Source: a virus
Taxonomy: Duplodnaviria > Heunggongvirae > Uroviricota > Caudoviricetes
Virus record (IMG/VR): IMGVR_UViG_2880372215_000004
Strand: one strand, 5' to 3'
DNA length: 64,000 nucleotides
Shown: in pieces, positions 62,883 to 64,000 of the stretch
Numbering within the stretch: the first letter of the stretch is position 1
How the letters are laid out: the number at the start of each line of letters is the position of its first letter
Notes under the pieces: generated by a model
What the model was told of the DNA's origin: nothing
What the model saw: the letters and a program-made list of their open reading frames with translations, nothing else
The model's database searches: none
Translations under genes and position numbers: made by a program

Positions 62883-64000
62883 ATGGCTAATGCCTGGCTC
62901 AGATTGTGGCATGACATGCCAAATGACCCCAAGTGGCGAACGATTGCCAGGGTATCAGGACAGCCAATCGCAACAGTGATGGCAGTGTATATCCATCTTC
63001 TGGTGAGCGCGTCACGAAATGTCACGACATGTCACGGCGTGTCACTACGTGGTCACATTGATGTCACGACGGAAGATTTAGCAAGTGCGCTTGATGTGAC
63101 GGAAGACGTAATTGATTCAATTTTGCATGCAATGCAGGGGCGGGTTCTGGATGGTGACCTTATTTCCGGATGGGAAAAACGTCAGGTGCTGAAAGAGGAC
63201 AATGGTAACGTTTCGCAAACGGCAAAATCCCCGGCAGAGCGCAAGAGAGCGCAGCGGGAGCGGGAAAAGCTGCGGAAACATAATGCTGATTGTCACGATG
63301 AGTCACGACGTGTCACGCATCTGTCACGACAAGTCACGACAGATAAAGATACAGATAAAGATACAGATACAGAATTAAACCCCACACATAACGCGCGCGA
63401 GAGTATTCCGACCAGTGAGTCGAATGGTGCGCCGTTGCAGACAGCCGAACCTGAATACCTGGACGGCCTGAGCGAACCGATCGGGAAATTTTCGATGACT
63501 ACTGTCTGGCAGCCGTCGCCGGATTTTCGACAACGGGCAGCAGTGTGGGGTATGGCTCTGCCTGAGCCGGAATTTACACCTGCTGAGCTTGCCGCATTCC
63601 GGGATTACTGGATGGCGGAGGGGAAGGTTTTCACGCAGGTTCAGTGGGAGCAGAAATTTGCCCGCCACGTGCAGCACGTCAGGGCACAGGTAAAACCAGT
63701 CAGCAAGGGGGAAGCCATGCAGCATCAGGTGGCACGGCATCACGGGCAGTTCAGGAAATCCGGGCTGCACGCGAACAGTGGGAACGTGACAACGGATTTA
63801 TCAGCAACGGAAACGGCCTGGAAGCTGTGGGAGCTCATGGGGGAGGTGTATTCGAACCGCTGGACTCAGAAGAACGGGGCCGCACCTTCGAAGCTCTGGA
63901 TTGCCCAGATTGGTGCGATGACTGAACAGCAAATCCGTCTGGTGTGCCGTCAGTGCATGGACCGCTGCCGGGCGGGTGAAACGTGGCCCCCGGACCTGGC
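62883..64000 (+). CDS. Replication initiator-like protein containing in-gene iterons. Partial, runs off the window
   Basis: I checked the frame codon by codon and it is open from ATG 62883 to 64000. N-terminus MANAWLRLWHDMPNDPKWRTIARVSGQP. The C-terminal part ...QIRLVCRQCMDRCRAGETWPPDL resembles the lambda P-type helicase-loader motif. Confidence 0.7.
   Translation, partial: MANAWLRLWHDMPNDPKWRTIARVSGQPIATVMAVYIHLLVSASRNVTTCHGVSLRGHIDVTTEDLASALDVTEDVIDSILHAMQGRVLDGDLISGWEKRQVLKEDNGNVSQTAKSPAERKRAQREREKLRKHNADCHDESRRVTHLSRQVTTDKDTDKDTDTELNPTHNARESIPTSESNGAPLQTAEPEYLDGLSEPIGKFSMTTVWQPSPDFRQRAAVWGMALPEPEFTPAELAAFRDYWMAEGKVFTQVQWEQKFARHVQHVRAQVKPVSKGEAMQHQVARHHGQFRKSGLHANSGNVTTDLSATETAWKLWELMGEVYSNRWTQKNGAAPSKLWIAQIGAMTEQQIRLVCRQCMDRCRAGETWPPDL
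63011..63067. repeat. Iteron cluster 1: six GTCAC(G) repeats at 10-11 bp phasing
   Basis: GTCAC starts at 63011, 63021, 63031, 63041, 63052 and 63063. Confidence 0.8.
63292..63375. repeat. Iteron cluster 2: five GTCACG repeats at 10-11 bp phasing, followed by a GATAAAGATACA tandem repeat
   Basis: GTCAC starts at 63292, 63302, 63312, 63323 and 63333. They are followed by GATAAAGATACAGATAAAGATACAGATACAG. Confidence 0.8.

Noticed and set aside
63011-63340. Short GTCACG repeats, considered as a CRISPR or REP-type array
   Set aside because: The units are only ~10 bp with no spacers, and they lie inside a replication-initiator gene. This is classic iteron/origin architecture.
63644-63925. Alternative-frame ORF (…AVQEIRAAREQWERDNGF…) inside the replication gene, considered as evidence of a frameshift
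   Set aside because: The main frame is open from 62883 to the window end and ends in a plausible helicase-loader-like motif. Without homologues I cannot show a frame error.

Overview
The window is Escherichia coli DNA of EHEC/EPEC type. It consists almost entirely of two adjacent, decayed lambdoid prophages joined by an IS-scarred junction.

Prophage 1 (1 to ~53.56 kb):
- Rac-like early-left arm: intR, xis, ydaC, ralR, recT, recE, racC, ydaE, kilR, a DicF-like element, sieB, ydaF, ydaG.
- RacR-type immunity region, then a ydaT/ydaU/ydaV replication module with palindromic ori-like repeats.
- nin region, Q antiterminator and two tRNAs.
- A TerB-like moron where Stx phages carry stx, followed by nanS-p.
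- An expanded lysis cassette, then HNH/terS/terL, with terL shattered by frameshifts.
- HK97-type head genes and lambda-type tail genes. L is truncated and K and I are absent.
- lom and a collagen-like side tail fibre.
- T3SS effector morons (nleG-like, nleA, nleH, nleF), interleaved with a fossil lambda-type attP-int' module and a lambda-type attR-like (P-O-B') junction.

Junction (52.67-56.88 kb): an ISEc8-like IS66 element (2442 bp, no target duplication) and two inverted IS256-family remnants.

Prophage 2 (from ~56.9 kb) is Qin-like. It carries a dinI-like gene, an int' fragment fused to a truncated recE (ydfE-like), ydfD, dicB, dicF, a cI/cro/cII-like immunity region, and an iteron-bearing replication gene that runs off the window.

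The best candidate for an undescribed system is a ~4.2 kb low-GC cassette in the nin region of prophage 1 (13.17-17.36 kb). A complete C5-cytosine methyltransferase lies convergent with a translationally coupled operon. That operon encodes a MORC-like GHKL ATPase (463 aa) and a 330-aa partner with no recognisable effector domain.

All protein identifications rest on motif reading and on my memory of K-12 and EHEC sequences. No database search was possible.
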